Below, piece by piece: positions 38,727-52,821 of a DNA stretch of 64,000 bases. The notes beneath the pieces are model-generated. The model was not told where the DNA came from. It did not search any database and saw only the letters and a program-made list of their open reading frames with translations. The stretch is from Octopus vulgaris (lineage: Eukaryota). The stretch covers positions 92,132,001 through 92,196,000 of the forward strand of contig OX597820.1 of the NCBI GenBank assembly GCA_951406725.2. The letters are read 5' to 3'. The position numbers and the translations under genes are program-made. Positions within the stretch are counted from its first letter, which is position 1. Every line of letters begins with the position of its first letter.

Positions 38727-39550
38727 CGTTTCCATCAGATGTGCCTCAGACGGATCTATGGTATTAAGTGGAAGGACTGCATCAGTGATCTTGAAATACT
38801 CGAAGGCTCTCGGTGAAAAAGGATAGAAGCTCTTGTGTTAAAGCAAAGGCTTAGGTGGAGTAGTCATCTGGTCAGAATGAAGGATTCAAGGATGCCAAAA
38901 CAACACTTTTATGGAGAGTTAGCTAAAGGAAAACGACCTCCACATAAACCAAAAAAGAGGTATAAGGACTTGCTGAAGGCTTCCTTAAGAGATGCTTGCA
39001 TCTCTCCTGACACATGGGAAGGCATAGCTATTGATTGTAGTAGGAGGAGAAGGATTGTGCTTGAGGGGACAGCCACGTTTGAGAAATCTCAAGTTGCACA
39101 TGGGAAAGTAAGGAGGGACGTCAGGAAGGGCATCGCTGTTACACTTCCAGAAGGGAAGGGTCTTCCTTTGATTCTGACATGCAATGTCTGTGCAAGACCC
39201 TACCTCAGTAAAACTGGACTCATGAGTCATCTTCGTAGTCATAAAACGAGACAGATGAGTGACAACCTGGCCACTGGTGGTGGTGTAACACACCATACTA
39301 ATCATATCTGTCGGGCATGTAGAAGAGAGTGTAATTCGGCAGGAGGACTTAAACGACATGCAAAGGTACATGAAACCCAGTTGCAACTACAGCCGGCTAT
39401 TGCCGGTAACGGTTTTAGTTGCCAATTTTGTTCAAGACATTGTAGATCTTTAGCTGGGTTAAAAAGTCACATTCGATCACAGCACCAGTAACAGTTAAGC
39501 TTCGTGCAATGGCCATACTCGATAACGAGGGGGCAGCCATAATAATAATA
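38727..39550 (+). mobile_element. 5'-truncated RTE-clade LINE: ORF2 C-terminus with three C2H2 zinc fingers and (TAA)n tail
   Basis: RFHQMCLRRIYGIKWKD...QRLRWSSHLVRMKDSRMPKQHFYGEL..GKR...PKKRYKD; CNVC..H..H, CRAC..H..H, CQFC..H..H; stop at 39491; short 3' UTR then ATAATAATAATA. Confidence 0.9.
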
Positions 39551-39621
39551 TATATGTATATATGCATATATATATACATACACACACACATATGAATATA
39601 TATATATATTATATTTATATA

Positions 39622-40495
39622 TAGAGGGTGTGGGGTGAATAAACTGTCATCTAAATTGAAGATAACACTAACGTCTCATTTTTACAGATATAGTTATCAA
39701 AACTACATAAAAAAATTCTTGAAAAACTAAAGAGTAAATTTATTCAATATAATCGCTATTGTCTTCAACCACGGTCTAAATACGAGGTCGAAATCTGCAA
39801 CTTTTTGAATGGTCCCCTTGTTTAAGTTGGTGAATGCTGCCATAATCCTTGCCTTCAGTTCATCACTGGTGTTTACAAGGAGTTTTGTTGGTCTCTCGAT
39901 CAACTGCACCCCACACATAATAAAGGAGAGGGCTGCAGTACGTGGAGTAGGCTGCCAGCTTTTAGGGGTGATGCGGTCGCAGAAATTGCCTAACATACCA
40001 TGACTGATTTTTTCTGCTTGTGTGGAATGGTGCAGAGTCCTGTTGCTAGATATAGGTTCTTCCAGCGGCCACCCTCTTAAGCGAGGCAGCACTACCTCCT
40101 CCATGCACTTGATGTAGGCCTCCGTGCTAAGTCTGAAGCCGTGTGGGAAGATGAATGTAGGCATAACGTCGCCATCACTAATGATCGCTCCAAATACAAT
40201 GATATTGACTGCATGATTGATTTTTATCACTCTCGTTACATGTCCTCGGATTGCGCTGTCTTTAAATTGACACCCAAACACTCTGAAATGTTCGTATTGG
40301 AGCTCCTAATGCGAAATCCATACAGTACAGCATGTCGTTTCCAGATTCCTGGGAGATTGAATTGAGTCATGGTGCTGTGTTTCTCACGTACGGTGCCCAA
40401 TCTACCCTCATACACTGTGTACTCAACAAAATCAAAAACGCACAATGCACAAAATTAAGAATATAAAATGGCAACGATTTATCCATTGCGCTCTA
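39622..40495 (-). mobile_element. Internally deleted Tc1/mariner-superfamily element (maT/DD37D-like)
   Basis: IIVFGAIISDGDVMPTFIFPHGFRLSTEAYIKCMEEVVLP; degenerate TIRs (AGAGGGTGTGG..GAATAAACTGTCATC and GGCAACGATTTATCCATTGCGCTCT). Confidence 0.75.
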
Positions 40496-40697
40496 TTTAT
40501 ACATACAATATCTGAACTTAAAAAACATATATGCTAGTACACAAAACCATTCCATCAGAATCAGATTCCAATGGGCAAAGAATTAGAAGAAACATGCAGA
40601 AAATATTTAGCTTCCAAATTTTGATTTCTGGTAGTATAATAATCAAATTTTAAACCTCTGTAACCTTTTTCTGGGATAAAACCGGAACTTTAAGATT

Positions 40698-41075
40698 TAT
40701 GGGTAGTGGATTGATGTTACAGAAACATTCCCAATCACATGGTTTCGAGTTCAGTTCCACTGCTTGGCACCATGGGCTAGTGTCGTCTATAGCCTAGGGC
40801 CAACTAAAGGTTTCTGTGTGGATTTAGTAGGCGGAAAATGAAATAAACCTGTCGTATAAATGTGTGTATATGTATCTATATGCGTGTGTGATTTATATCT
40901 GTATTTGTCCCACTGCCACCGCTAGACAACCGGTGCCGGTGTGTTTATGTGCCCGTGACTGCATTCGAAACTAAAGAAGTAAATACCGACTTCAAAAAAT
41001 AAGTACTGAGGCCGATACATTCTCCAAGGTAGAGTCCCAACATGGCTGCGATCTAATGGCCGCAACAAGTAAAAT
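40698..41075 (+). mobile_element. SINE family A, degenerate
   Basis: CACATGGTTTCGAGTTCAGTTCCACTGC..GGCACC...CATGGCTGCG...ACAAGTAAAA. Confidence 0.85.
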
Positions 41076-41556
41076 ATATTGTTTTTAAATTAGTTCCATT
41101 TTCTATTTTGAAAATAAAGGAAGTTAGGATTGTAGGTCATCGCTAATTTCCAAAATCTTTTTTGTGATCTTCAACATTTTAAATGTGTAGTGCAAAGATT
41201 AACATTTGCAAAATGATTGAAGAGTGGGTTGAGAACTTGCATAACATTTTTAAAACATTTTTGTATTTATATTTTTGCTGTATGTTTTATCGTAAAGTTG
41301 TCCGTCATTTTCTTGAAATGTGTACTGCAAGAAGACAAAAAGAAAATGGAAATAAAAAATTGACAAAATCGGTCCGGATTCATAAGTTTACAAAAATTTT
41401 TTTTTGTTTTTTAATAAAAGCTACGCGCCCACTGTCATTTGTTAGGGTGTGGTAAAAAAAAACCCGTCCAAACCGAGGAAGTCCGCTAAGGCATTTTACT
41501 TTGTAGATTAGCCAGCAACAACGGCATACTCAGCTAGTATGTGTGTCTTTATGTAT

Positions 41557-41591
<35 letters not shown>

Positions 41592-42703
41592 AATATATGC
41601 ACGTATGTATGTATATATGTATGCATGCCTGTATGTATAGGCCGTTATTAAGTTTTGACGAAAAAAATGTGCTTATATTATTCTTCGTCGTCTCTTGTTA
41701 TCGTAATAGTTTTATTTGTTTCTACCTTCTAGGTTTTAATCGTAGATAATATTTTCCTACATTGCATACTGATTTCATTTCCTTAGAGTATACGTGACTT
41801 TATAAACCTTAGATTTTCTCTTGCAGTGTTTCAACAGTATAATTAATTGAACCTTTAGTTATAGTGTTGTTATCGCGTACAACAATCATATTTATTATTC
41901 CATTCTTTCTTCGAATTCTCTTGATTTGATAATAGTATCGCTGCAACATAGCTGCCAGCAGTTGGCACTGAACTGCTACATTTTCTTTTCATGTTTATCT
42001 TCAGTTTGGTTTTGTCGTTATGGAATTTACTTTGATTTATGTGCGATTCCATTGGCTCATTTCCATAAGAAAATTTCTAATAAGCATTGCAAGATAACAA
42101 CATCATTTAGTTATATAGCACTGCTACATAGAACGTCCAAGTGACTTGCTGCATCACATATCCTTAAACTTAGGAAATTAAGACTAATTAATAATTGGAT
42201 GCTACTTTATAATCCTAGAAGTCAACAAATTTTAATTAATCAAATATACTCTCAGGGCGAGAAAAGAAAGTGACTGTGGTTAGAGAAGCAAATAACACGA
42301 CTCCTGGAATTTAAGACAGAAATTAAAATGAATAAAAACTTGAATGCAGTGGAGACCGTGAGATATGGTGTTCTGCAATAAATAACAACTGCAGGCTTTA
42401 TATTTGATTGGTTAGCAGAAAGGAGATAGTTCTTATGACTCAGACTAGTGCGTTCGATGCCATTAATGTTCGTAAATAGAAACCTGCAAAGCTGATATCG
42501 GCGGGAGCTCAATTACAGAGAGTCGACGTTCTGGGAAGGAGTGGATTAACGTTTGGTGCTGAGTTGCTGCGTTGAACATAAATGTCACCGGAGAAGGACA
42601 GGCATGCCTAAGTGATGACAGCGTGATCCCAACAACTTGCAAGGAGCAGCAACACAAATAATTATAAATTGGATGGTAGCTAAACCTATCAGTCATTATC
42701 TGA

Positions 42704-43093
42704 ACCAGCAGAAACGTTAACACGCCGGGCGAAATGCTTAGCGGTATTTCGTCTGTCTTTATGTTCTGAGTTTAAATTCCGCCGAGGTCGACTTTACCTT
42801 TCATCCTTTCGGGGTCGATAAATTAAGTACCACTTACGCACTGGGGTCGATATAATCGACTTAATCCGTTTGTCTGTCCTTGTATGTCCTCTCTGTATTT
42901 AGCCCCATGTGGGTAGTGAAGAAATGGGTATTTCGTCTGCCTTTACGTTCAGAGTTCAAATTCCGCCGAGGGTGACTTTGCCTTTCACCCTTTCGTGGTC
43001 GATAAATTAAGGACCAATTGCGTAATGGGGTCAATCTAATCGACTGGCCCTCTCCTCCAAAATTTCGGTTCTTGTGCTTAGAGTAGAAAAGAT
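42704..43093 (+). mobile_element. SINE family B, dimeric
   Basis: CAGAAACGTTAACACGCCGGGCGAAATGCTTAGC..., with two central domains. Confidence 0.9.
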
Positions 43094-43335
43094 TATCTTT
43101 ATTGATAACTCAGGTCATGACAGGAATTACAACTTTCTTGAAAGTCTTCTCTTTGGTAGTAAGGTGTTAAGTTGGTTGACAAATATCTTGCAGTCATATC
43201 TGTTGTATATTTGAGCTTAAGTCATTGAATGAAATAGTGAAAAGGCGACCAAATGAGACCAAATTTTTCTTCTATAAATACCACTCTAATTTACATCTAA
43301 ATGTAAATATTATTAAGAATAATTTATAGCCGTTG

Positions 43336-43374
<39 letters not shown>

Positions 43375-46300
43375 GTTAAAATACTCCCCCATAGGAATTA
43401 AGGAATCTATTTTCACACAAAATAAAGCGAAGATTTAAATCTACAAAGATTTGACAATATATGTGTGTGGGAGGGTATTTGTATGAGGGTGGTTATTTAT
43501 TCTACGCATATATTAGTATCAATTTTAAAACTTTTGTATATAGTTATACACGTATTTTACGACTCTGCCCCTCTCATTCTTTTATATAGCTACGAATTTG
43601 TTAATCACCATACATCGGTCAAATATTTTACACGCCTTAATAAGCAAAGAAATGCTTATATGTGTAGTGGACTGACAAAAACATTATCACTGCAATGTGC
43701 TGCGACATCTGCTCAATAGTTAGGGTAGTTGGCCATCTAACAGAAACATTCTGTATCATGCACTTAGTCCATTGTGGTTCTCTCCTCTCATCACTTATGT
43801 AAGTACTGATACTTTAGCTAATATCATGGGATCTAGAGACCTTTAAGGGCACCTCTCACGAGCTAGGATGCAGAAAATTCATGTGGGCAAAGGTGAACGG
43901 TATCTATCATCAGTAACATCCATGTGATCGGCACGTCTTTATGGCACTTTGATGCGGTGACAAAATCAACCAAGAAAAGTTAGTGAGATTGCAGCAAGGT
44001 ATGCGTAGGAACGTACCATAGCACCCATATGCGTCGTGGGGCACTGGACGAACGAAGCGGTTAAATTTCCATACCAAAAAGGGGACATGAACTGGGAGTA
44101 AATTTCGTGAAATGTGGTCGATCATACCCAGAATTACGACGAGAGAAAGGTCTAACAGATATGGTGAAAGCTTACAGCGCCTTCATATACTATCGCATGT
44201 CTCCTGCGTCTTACTCCGCTTCCTTACTGACCCAACTTGAGCTTTAATATACAACGGTAAAGGATTAGACATCTGACTAAATTTACCCCTTTCAATTCAC
44301 ACACTCGTTCTGTCATAATTGTCCTTCACAACCTTTTTGTGCGTATGAGTTGTCCCTTAACACTTTCCTTTGACTGAAAAGAGCAGGTAGTTTTCCTATA
44401 ACTAGTAGCTATGGCAAAAGTAGTCGTGTGGTGGACACGATCCAATGAACTGAAGATAGACAATTTCTTTCGGCTAAACCCTCATCGACATTTTGAAGTT
44501 CCATTTAGAAAGTAATTTGGTGGTGGAGAGGGAGATGTTGCCTCCCAGTAAATTTCTAAAAAGTTGGTGTAAGTATGAATGAATGGAGCTACGCATGTTT
44601 AGCATACGTTAAGTCAAAAAGTAATGCAAATAAAAATTGTATTAATTTCCGGGTCCTCTCGTAGATTCTATAATGTCTGTTGGAGTATAGATAGTAAATC
44701 GTAAACTTTAAATAGCTCCAACGTTGTCAAACACATTCACCTATATTATATTTTTAAAATTCATGGAGATATGTAAGCATAACTCGGTAGATGTAGATGT
44801 TTGGTCTCACTGCATACAATATTTAATTAAGAATCCCCAATTTAAACAATTTCGTTTGCTTCCACACTTCACGCGTCCTCTTCTTTATTAATCTTCCCAA
44901 ATTCAGCTCAAAAAGTTTTCGAACTCGGGTAAAAGAGCCATATAAATTTCCCAAGCTGAACGCTGACCGCATTAAATCTGTTCCTACTCATTGAAAATTT
45001 GAAGTATTTTAGGAATTTGGAACTTTCTCATTTCAAGATAAATTGTGTCAGTACTATTATAAGTGTATGTATCAAAAACTTATTCTCCGGTAATCACTGG
45101 TTATCAAGACTTCAGTACAGATCTGAAGAATAGTAAAGGAAGCAATTGCTCCTGTTTTCAAAGCTAGAATGTGTTTTCAAATATAGAGTGCCAAAAAGAA
45201 TGAATGAATGTAAGGGATTACGAGAATGACGTTCAGCTTCTATATGGTATTCACCTACTCATCATTTGAAAATCGTTGGGAAATATTGTTACAAGATGGT
45301 TACACGATGAGGAAAAAACATATGACGGCTTACCTACCTGCCTAATTTTACTCATATTTTTGTAAGGATTGATCCTTCAATAAACGAATATTTTCACATC
45401 ATCGCTAAATAACTGCTTTCTTACTGAATCTGTTCTGTATGTTTCAGATTTGAAGCAACGAAATTAAGAAATTCTCTCTAGAGGCATACAGATTTGGGGT
45501 TAACTGAAAATTTGTGAAATGCAACAGCCGATGTATATGCTTAATACAAATGTCAATACTATTAGTTTTGGGTAATGTAATATACATGTATAACTGTTCT
45601 AAAGTTTCTACTGAGTATTATTCTGTCATTGCAAATGTCAGTTTACACCTGTAATAATTTACAGATAATTGTACACCTACATTTCACCTATTTCAATCTC
45701 GATTTCGATGCATAAATTTACACATCTCCACAACTTTGTTTCATTACAATTACATATTATTCTGAGTCATCGTTTCTAGTGACACATGGAAGCAAACGTT
45801 TTTGCCTTATCAATAGTTCAATTTAGAAGTCTTCCGTGAAAATATATTGAGGAATGAATGTTTCCTGGATAATGAAATTATACAAAAAATTATATAATAA
45901 CGATTGTAAAATAAAAACAAAAATAGTGGACAGAAGTCTGCGAACTGCTAATGTAAAACACTGTATTTAAACAGACTAACACCTTCAAGTCAAAATATTA
46001 ACGAACTGTTTGTTTCCTTCCTTTATTTTTGAGAAGATAAAAATATTGTTCGCATTCATATAATTCTTTTTGGGGACACTGTAACCTGCTTCAAAAGCAT
46101 ATAATTTTATTAAATTTGGCAATTTGTCCACCCACATTCCACTTCTCACAAACCAAACCCTGCATCCCATGACACCCTCTTCAATAAAGCATTCGCTGTG
46201 ACGAAATCATGTTGAATCGCTATGGAATTAGGAAAAAAAGAGAAATAAACGAGATTATGGTGTTCATCCCATACATTCAAAAACTTATTTAATCGCGTTT

Positions 46301-46784
46301 ATGAGAATTTAAACCTTCCTTAGCGAGAGATTTGCTCAATTATTGAATGGTATTACTTTCATTCATCATTTTCAATAAATAAAGAAGGATTTCAGCAATT
46401 ACTTAATGATATTTCATCCGTTTATTGCATCTATTTAAGATATATATTTCGCTTCTCAACTACGTCAAAACATTCACTCGTTCAGCCAACAAAATTCGTT
46501 TCCCCTTTTTGCCCTGGGAGATATTTCCAACTTTGTTTATTTCTAAAAAATAAACACTAACTTTTTTAATCACTTTGAAGCGTAACACAGAAACAGATGC
46601 GGTAAAAAGCGATGAAGTTATCTCCAGTTATCACGCAAGAAAACAATCTACAGAACTGACTCCAGTATATAACAAGTATATATTGTGACGGTCTAGAACT
46701 TGTGAATTTCAAAAACAACATTGGTGGGATTTGAGATGTGAGTATTTAACAAAACCTACTGAATTAAATTTTCTAGTTTCTGCC

Positions 46785-46930
46785 TTGAACAAGGGCACGA
46801 AGTAGGTAGAATCTGGAGAATGTTGACTATTGCTTTATTTATTTGACACCGAAGGGATGAAACACAAAGTTAACACTGACATGATTTGAACTCAGACAGC
46901 ATTTCCTCCGACGATCTAATGAATCTGGAG
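46785..46930 (-). mobile_element. SINE family B, degenerate
   Basis: GACACCGAAGGGATGAAACACAAAGTTAAC...ATTTGAACTCAGA. Confidence 0.65.
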
Positions 46931-49499
46931 GCTTGACACCATTTGATGTTCATAATAATAAAATCTGGCTTAGTAAGCCATAACGAATGAGTGACTGACT
47001 CGTATTAACCAGGCAACAAAAATGGCCGCTTGTAATATATCACGTATTTCGCTCGATGACGGTCGAAGCTGTTGTTCTTAATCAAAACAAAAAAAAAGTT
47101 TGCACTTATTTAAGAAACTCACCGAGAACAAATGCCGAACTCGTCGTCCCAAATATTACACTTTATATTTAGTGGCATTACTATCCGATGTTTTCGAAAC
47201 TATTTCACGTATCTCAGCTCATATAACTAATGTTGCCCTAACTTTGTTGACATTTGAGATATGCATTGCCTAAAATATCTATAGACAAATAAACTGAATC
47301 TTAAACAATTATGTAGCACTGTGAGTTCAGGTCCTGCGATTTGTCTCTTACATTTAATATGTCTTCAAAAGGAGGTAATTTTCTTTTTGTCTTTCTACAA
47401 TTGTTGTTTTCTAGTTGTCTTTTATCCTTTTCAATGTAATACACAACTACCTTGAAGGTGTTACGAAGAACAGTGGCATTACGAGTTTGTCATTTCATTG
47501 CTTGGCCTTGTAGTCGGGCTCCTGATATTTGTTTTTTTCTGTTAAATGGGCTCCTAACTCTTCGAATTCTGCAATTCGGCAAAAGAAATTCACTTACCAC
47601 TCGATTCAACACCTCGACCTTTATACTACCAATACTACTCGGACAACTGAAGTTTGGTAGGACTGTAAGTATAATATTTCCTCTTTCTTACTGTAGTTAT
47701 TCTAATTGGTTTTGCTGTTGTCGCTGAGTGAAGATAACGGTAGTAGTTAGTTGCGCCTCAGTCATGATTAAGTAGAATTATAAAGAACGTGAAATGCGTT
47801 CAAGCTACGACAGACAAGTTTTCTCGTTCCTCGGTTTCTGTTCAAGGCAACATGATTCAAAACATTCTTCCCTTTTCTAAACTATCCACAGAGAATTCAA
47901 TATGGTTTAGCTACTATTTGTACCAAGTAAAGATTCCCTCTTAGACACGCTGCTAATATCGTTTAGACAACGGCACAGTTTTAACACTTTGTAAGAGATG
48001 CACGGGCGATTACCTCCTTTTGAAATCCCATAATCTTATTTCTTAGTTAAAGAAGACAATTGTTTACATATATATTGCTGAGTTACATTCCATAATAATG
48101 TTTCGTTTCCAGACCGCCTTCACTGTTTTGTTGAGACAGACCCTCCATCAACTATATTAGATATTTTCCCTATATCCTTAATGTCCTGAAACACAAGCTA
48201 AGACTGTGGTTTCTCCACAAGGTATAGGCATTGGAGTGTGTGCTTCTTTGTTAGACAATTCTTACTTCTTACCTTAGACACAGTTTTTCAAACGGTGTAT
48301 CAACAATACAGCTGCAGTAAGGATATGATTAGGAAAAGAAAATGTAAATATTTACAAAACATATCTTAAGAAATATATGTAGTCATTTATCTTTAAGATA
48401 TATTGGCTCAAATCTGTAAGCTTAATGTTTAAGTTAACTAAAATCACAAAATTAGTCTCCCCGAGTACCAAACCCTCTAAAAGGGGTGTTGCTTTACACG
48501 AACATTTTCACAACTGGAATGTGTGTGTTGCACTGGAAGTGAGTGCCAAGGAACTCGGCTGTCTAGATACTCCTAAAACGGTACAAGATTCTGGTTGCAG
48601 TACACCACCGAACTGGTATAGAAATTTACCACCACATGAACATTCAGATATCTTCCTCTTCACTTATAAGTGGGATCGACTAAATTCTTAGTAATCACTT
48701 CCCAATTCTTGTCTTGGGGGAAAATTCAAGCAAACTCTTACCTCTTTAACTGGACACTTGGTCCAGTGATGTAAACTAGCCGGTCTTGCTATATGGTAAG
48801 CTTATCTTTCTGTTAGTCTTCTTTCCTGTAACCAAGTCAATTTTTTCCATTTCAGTGTTGATAACCTCAATTTCTGACTCAGTCCCCACCATAGAAATGA
48901 TATTGTTCATCTTCATAAAAATACTCACTTATGATCCATAATTGAAAACACTTCAGCAAACTCCTGCAGCCAAGACTTATAATTGAAAAAAGTGATAAAA
49001 TGATGTACCCGTATGAAGCATAGACAATTCTAATTTTACGTATTATTTTATTCTGACCCTCACTTATTTGATAGAAATTCTTCAGGAATTCGTGCTTACT
49101 TAGCTCGCTAATTCGGATAGTGTATGCTTTTGGGTCTGTAAACTATGCATTCAATTTTTAGTAAAGTCTCTATACAGGATTCCGGTTGAATTTAACATAG
49201 AGATCACAAACCTGGATTGAAAAGGCTGAACATATGGTAGCACGAATTTGGAACTGAAATTTCCTAGATTCTATCAAAACTAACAGTTAAGTAATTGCAA
49301 CAAATTTATTGTATTGAGTCTTCATTTTATTGATTTTGTAGTGATCAAAGAGAAATATGACATTGGCTAGAGCGTATGCCTCTTGGTCAAAGTATATACC
49401 TGACTGGAGCGTGTTCCTGGCTACAGTGTATACAAGGAAGAACGACAATAGATATTCTGTCAAATATAGAAAGATATAGTCTATTGAATTCCATATGAG

Positions 49500-49645
49500 T
49501 ACATTATCGGTACCGTCTCGGTAGACCCAGCAATACTGTAAGAAAAAGTCGACTTTGATGGAATTTTTAACTAGGAATGTAAAAACGAAAAAGACGGCAA
49601 ATTAGCGCAATGTATTTCGCTCTGCATCTTCCCGTTTCTGCCACT
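49500..49645 (-). mobile_element. SINE family B, degenerate
   Basis: AAAGTCGACTTTGATGGAATTT..AACT...TCTGCCA. Confidence 0.5.
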
Positions 49646-50570
49646 TAAATGCCCAGTCTTTTCTTGTTATTTAGAGGAATATAATTGAAAACGTTTTTAC
49701 TGGTTAGAGTTCATATTTTATTCAGGTTCAGCATTTATTAAAACCATTTATTGTCGACAGAAAGAAAACTTGGCTACTTTATATTAAAACTCAATCGCAT
49801 TTCTCTTACATTAAATATTGAATTGAGTACATATCGATAAAAGATAAGTGCGCATGGCAAGTAGTGATACTCAAAGTCTTAAATGCAAAATTAATATATA
49901 GAGAGTGCCGATCGTACACATTTACAGTCTTCATCGATAACTATTCTAAGCCATGATAATAGCAATAGTTTTATTGTCGATAAAGTTATCGTGTTGTATG
50001 ACAGCTATTGCGCTTATTATGATAAAAATATAACGTACTGAACGCCTCTGTGAATCTTTCATACTTCATAAAATACGATTCAAAGATTTTTAAAACGATG
50101 GATATTACTGCAAAAATCAATAAGGTATCTTTTAGATTCCTTGAAAATTACATAAGCATGTTGATCTTCTCAGCAACTCGTTACAGTAAACAAGAAAATA
50201 CTCCAATAACAATGCTAAATAGAGCTACCTCTTCTCTCGTTTTGTTCTCTGTCTCTATTTCTCATTGCTCTTTTATTTCACTTTACTGTTTATATCCCAA
50301 GCTTCATAATAGATTTAATCGTTGTACGCTATACACTAAATATATAACGTGAAAACGCAAAAAAGTGGGAATGCTATAAAACCAGAGATATTTAGATACG
50401 TGTTGCAAAATCTACGAAATAGAGCTTGTATTTGCTCAAAAAACTGCAAGTAACTATTAAATATTCAGTAAGGAGATCTGAGGTGCATGCCATTTAACAA
50501 ATACATGTGGAACTACAAATATATATGAAATTGTGTATGATGAAAACAATGAATAATGTAACGGAAATTA

Positions 50571-50790
50571 AAGACGGTGGGCTGATAAAATCGTTAGCAC
50601 GCTGGGCAAAATGCTTCGCGGCATTTCGTCCGTCTTTTCAGTCTGATTTCAAATTCCGCCGAGATCCACTTCGCCTTTTATCCTTTCAGTGTGGTTGAGA
50701 TAAGTACCAGTTGAGCACTGGGGTCTATGTAATCCATCTGCCGGTTCCCTGAACTTGCTGGCCTTGTGTTAACATTTTGAAACCAATATT
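50571..50790 (+). mobile_element. SINE family B
   Basis: AATCGTTAGCACGCTGGGCAAAATGCTT...AAATTCCGCCGAG...AAGTACCAGTTGAGCACTGGGGTC. Confidence 0.88.
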
Positions 50791-51303
50791 AAGTAAATTA
50801 AATTTGTCAAGGCAGACTGATAAGAGAAAAAGATCCAAAAGAAAACACACCCCAAAAATCAAATCAATTGACCAAAATTAACCCTGGCTAGATATGTGAT
50901 GGAGGAATGTACATAGCATTTGAAATATTATATTGAAATCTTAGATGTAAAAGAAGGCTGTTATTTATGGAAAACAAACCGGAGAGAAATCACGGTTTTT
51001 GAAGTTCTTTATTATCAAATAAGTGGAGCATTTCTTCTATATCGAATGGATTCGTTGGACAAACTGAATCCATACCAAATAGCAACAGTTGTAGCACCGA
51101 ATAAAGAATATAAATTAAGAACATAAAAGTCATAAATAATGCATCTCAATATTTTAAAGAACATATCCCTTGATGGGATTAAAACCAAAACTAAATGTTA
51201 TTACTCATTTAGACGGCGCCCCTCTGCGTTAGGCACATCTACTGAGCTTAAGCATCATCAAATAATAGAAATTATTGCACATTTCTGTTGAAAACTAGAC
51301 ATA

Positions 51304-52821
51304 TTCTAAACCGCAAAAGAAACGTGTGTAACTGAAATATGATTTAATTTCATTATGTCAGAAATATATTTTGATAAATCAAATAAAGTGAATTTTTTGG
51401 ATGCACTTTGAATACAGTCTATGGATGGTTGTCATGTGTTCTTGTAGTGGGCGGATCCAGCACACCGGGATTGTAGGGCGTGACATTTTCAATACCGTGT
51501 ATACTCTATCTCTGAGTGTTCAAAACGACCATACACTGTCGGTACATGTAGTGCATGAAACGGTTCACCAAAACCATTGGCACCTTTGCCCACACCCTGA
51601 GGAAAGTTTCCTCCAGTTCCACACAAGTTATCGGCCTTGAGGCCACCTGGTTCAGCCTTCTCTAGATTTCATCCCACAGGTGTTCAATTGGGTTCATATC
51701 CCGGTGGAGAGCCGGCTACGGCATGGTTCTAATGTTGTGCTGATGCAGAAAGTCCATGGTGACCCAGGCCATGTGGGAGGGAGCATTGTCCTGCAAGAAT
51801 ACATGGATATGGTGACGCGCGAAGAAGGGCACGATGTGAGGTCTTAGGATCTGGTCAACGTAACGCTTCGCTGTGATACCATTCCCTCTGCCTGTACCAA
51901 CATTTTGGAACACATGGGGCCCATTACTTTGATTCAGGCCTATAATACCCCCAAACCAAGATGCTTTGGGCACCACACGCGTCTCTTTCCATGAGATATG
52001 CGTATCTGTAGCGTTGACCCCCTCCTACGCCACACCCTAACTCTGCCATCTGAGGTGGAAACGCAGTACCGGCTCTCATTAGAGAAGACTATCGACATTC
52101 ATTGTTGATACCACCGGTGTTGGTGCTGTGTAGCCCACTGTAGTCGTGCCTGACGGTGGCAGGCCGTGAGGACAGGCCTTCGAGCAAGACGACGGCAACG
52201 CAGATTGTTGGCGGCTAATCGGCGTCGTATCGTGTCGTCGCTGATGGGCCGTTGTAGAGTGCCAATGCTCTCGCGAGCTGTTACGTTGGCCGGTCTAAAG
52301 CGATCACGGAGGTGTTGCGGATGAATTAAGCGGTCCTGCTTGGGCGTGGTCACCCGAGTGTGCCCTCTGCGGGCACGGTCTGCAGTTCTGTTGATGTTAT
52401 TATATCGATGTTGCAGGCGATAGACGGTGCTGACTCGGATATTATCAGCTTTCGCAACAATCAGAGTACGCTGCCCTTCTTGCAATCGGCCGACAGCTTG
52501 TCCTCTCTGCGTTTCTGACAATCGGGTCATACCTGATGAGTTCAAATTACGAATGCCAGGAACGTGGTTCAAATTGATATTTATACCCATAACTTCTACG
52601 AGATGCACGTGCATTTCGGTTTTTATGACAATTGTTTGCGACTGTCACCCACGATGCATTCAACGCAGCTGCATTTTGGCCTCTCGTCTTAGGGAAAGCT
52701 GAAAAGTTACCTGCCATAAGCCAGCATCTTTTGGAATATTTACACTTACATTCCCGAAATAAATTTTCAGAATTTACGAAAAATGACGTTTGAAAAATCG
52801 CTTTTCTTTTGCGGTACAGTG
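51304..52821 (-). mobile_element. Tc1-like DD34E transposon, near full length, inactivated
   Basis: TIRs ACCGCAAAAGAAA and TTTCTTTTGCGGT; minus-strand MTRLSETQRGQAVGRL..., VFSNESRYC, FLQDNAPSH, DMNPIEHLWD, with stops and frameshifts. Confidence 0.9.

Noticed and set aside
43850-44450. GC-richer block suggestive of coding or TE origin
   Set aside because: No recognisable motif in any frame.
44458-44492. HHR-like GATGA-GG..CC-GAAA..GTC on the minus strand
   Set aside because: The core lacks CUG and stems I and III do not pair.
47950-48850. Possible LINE ORF1/endonuclease remnant on the minus strand (ILWNV..)
   Set aside because: Only one short motif, too decayed to call.
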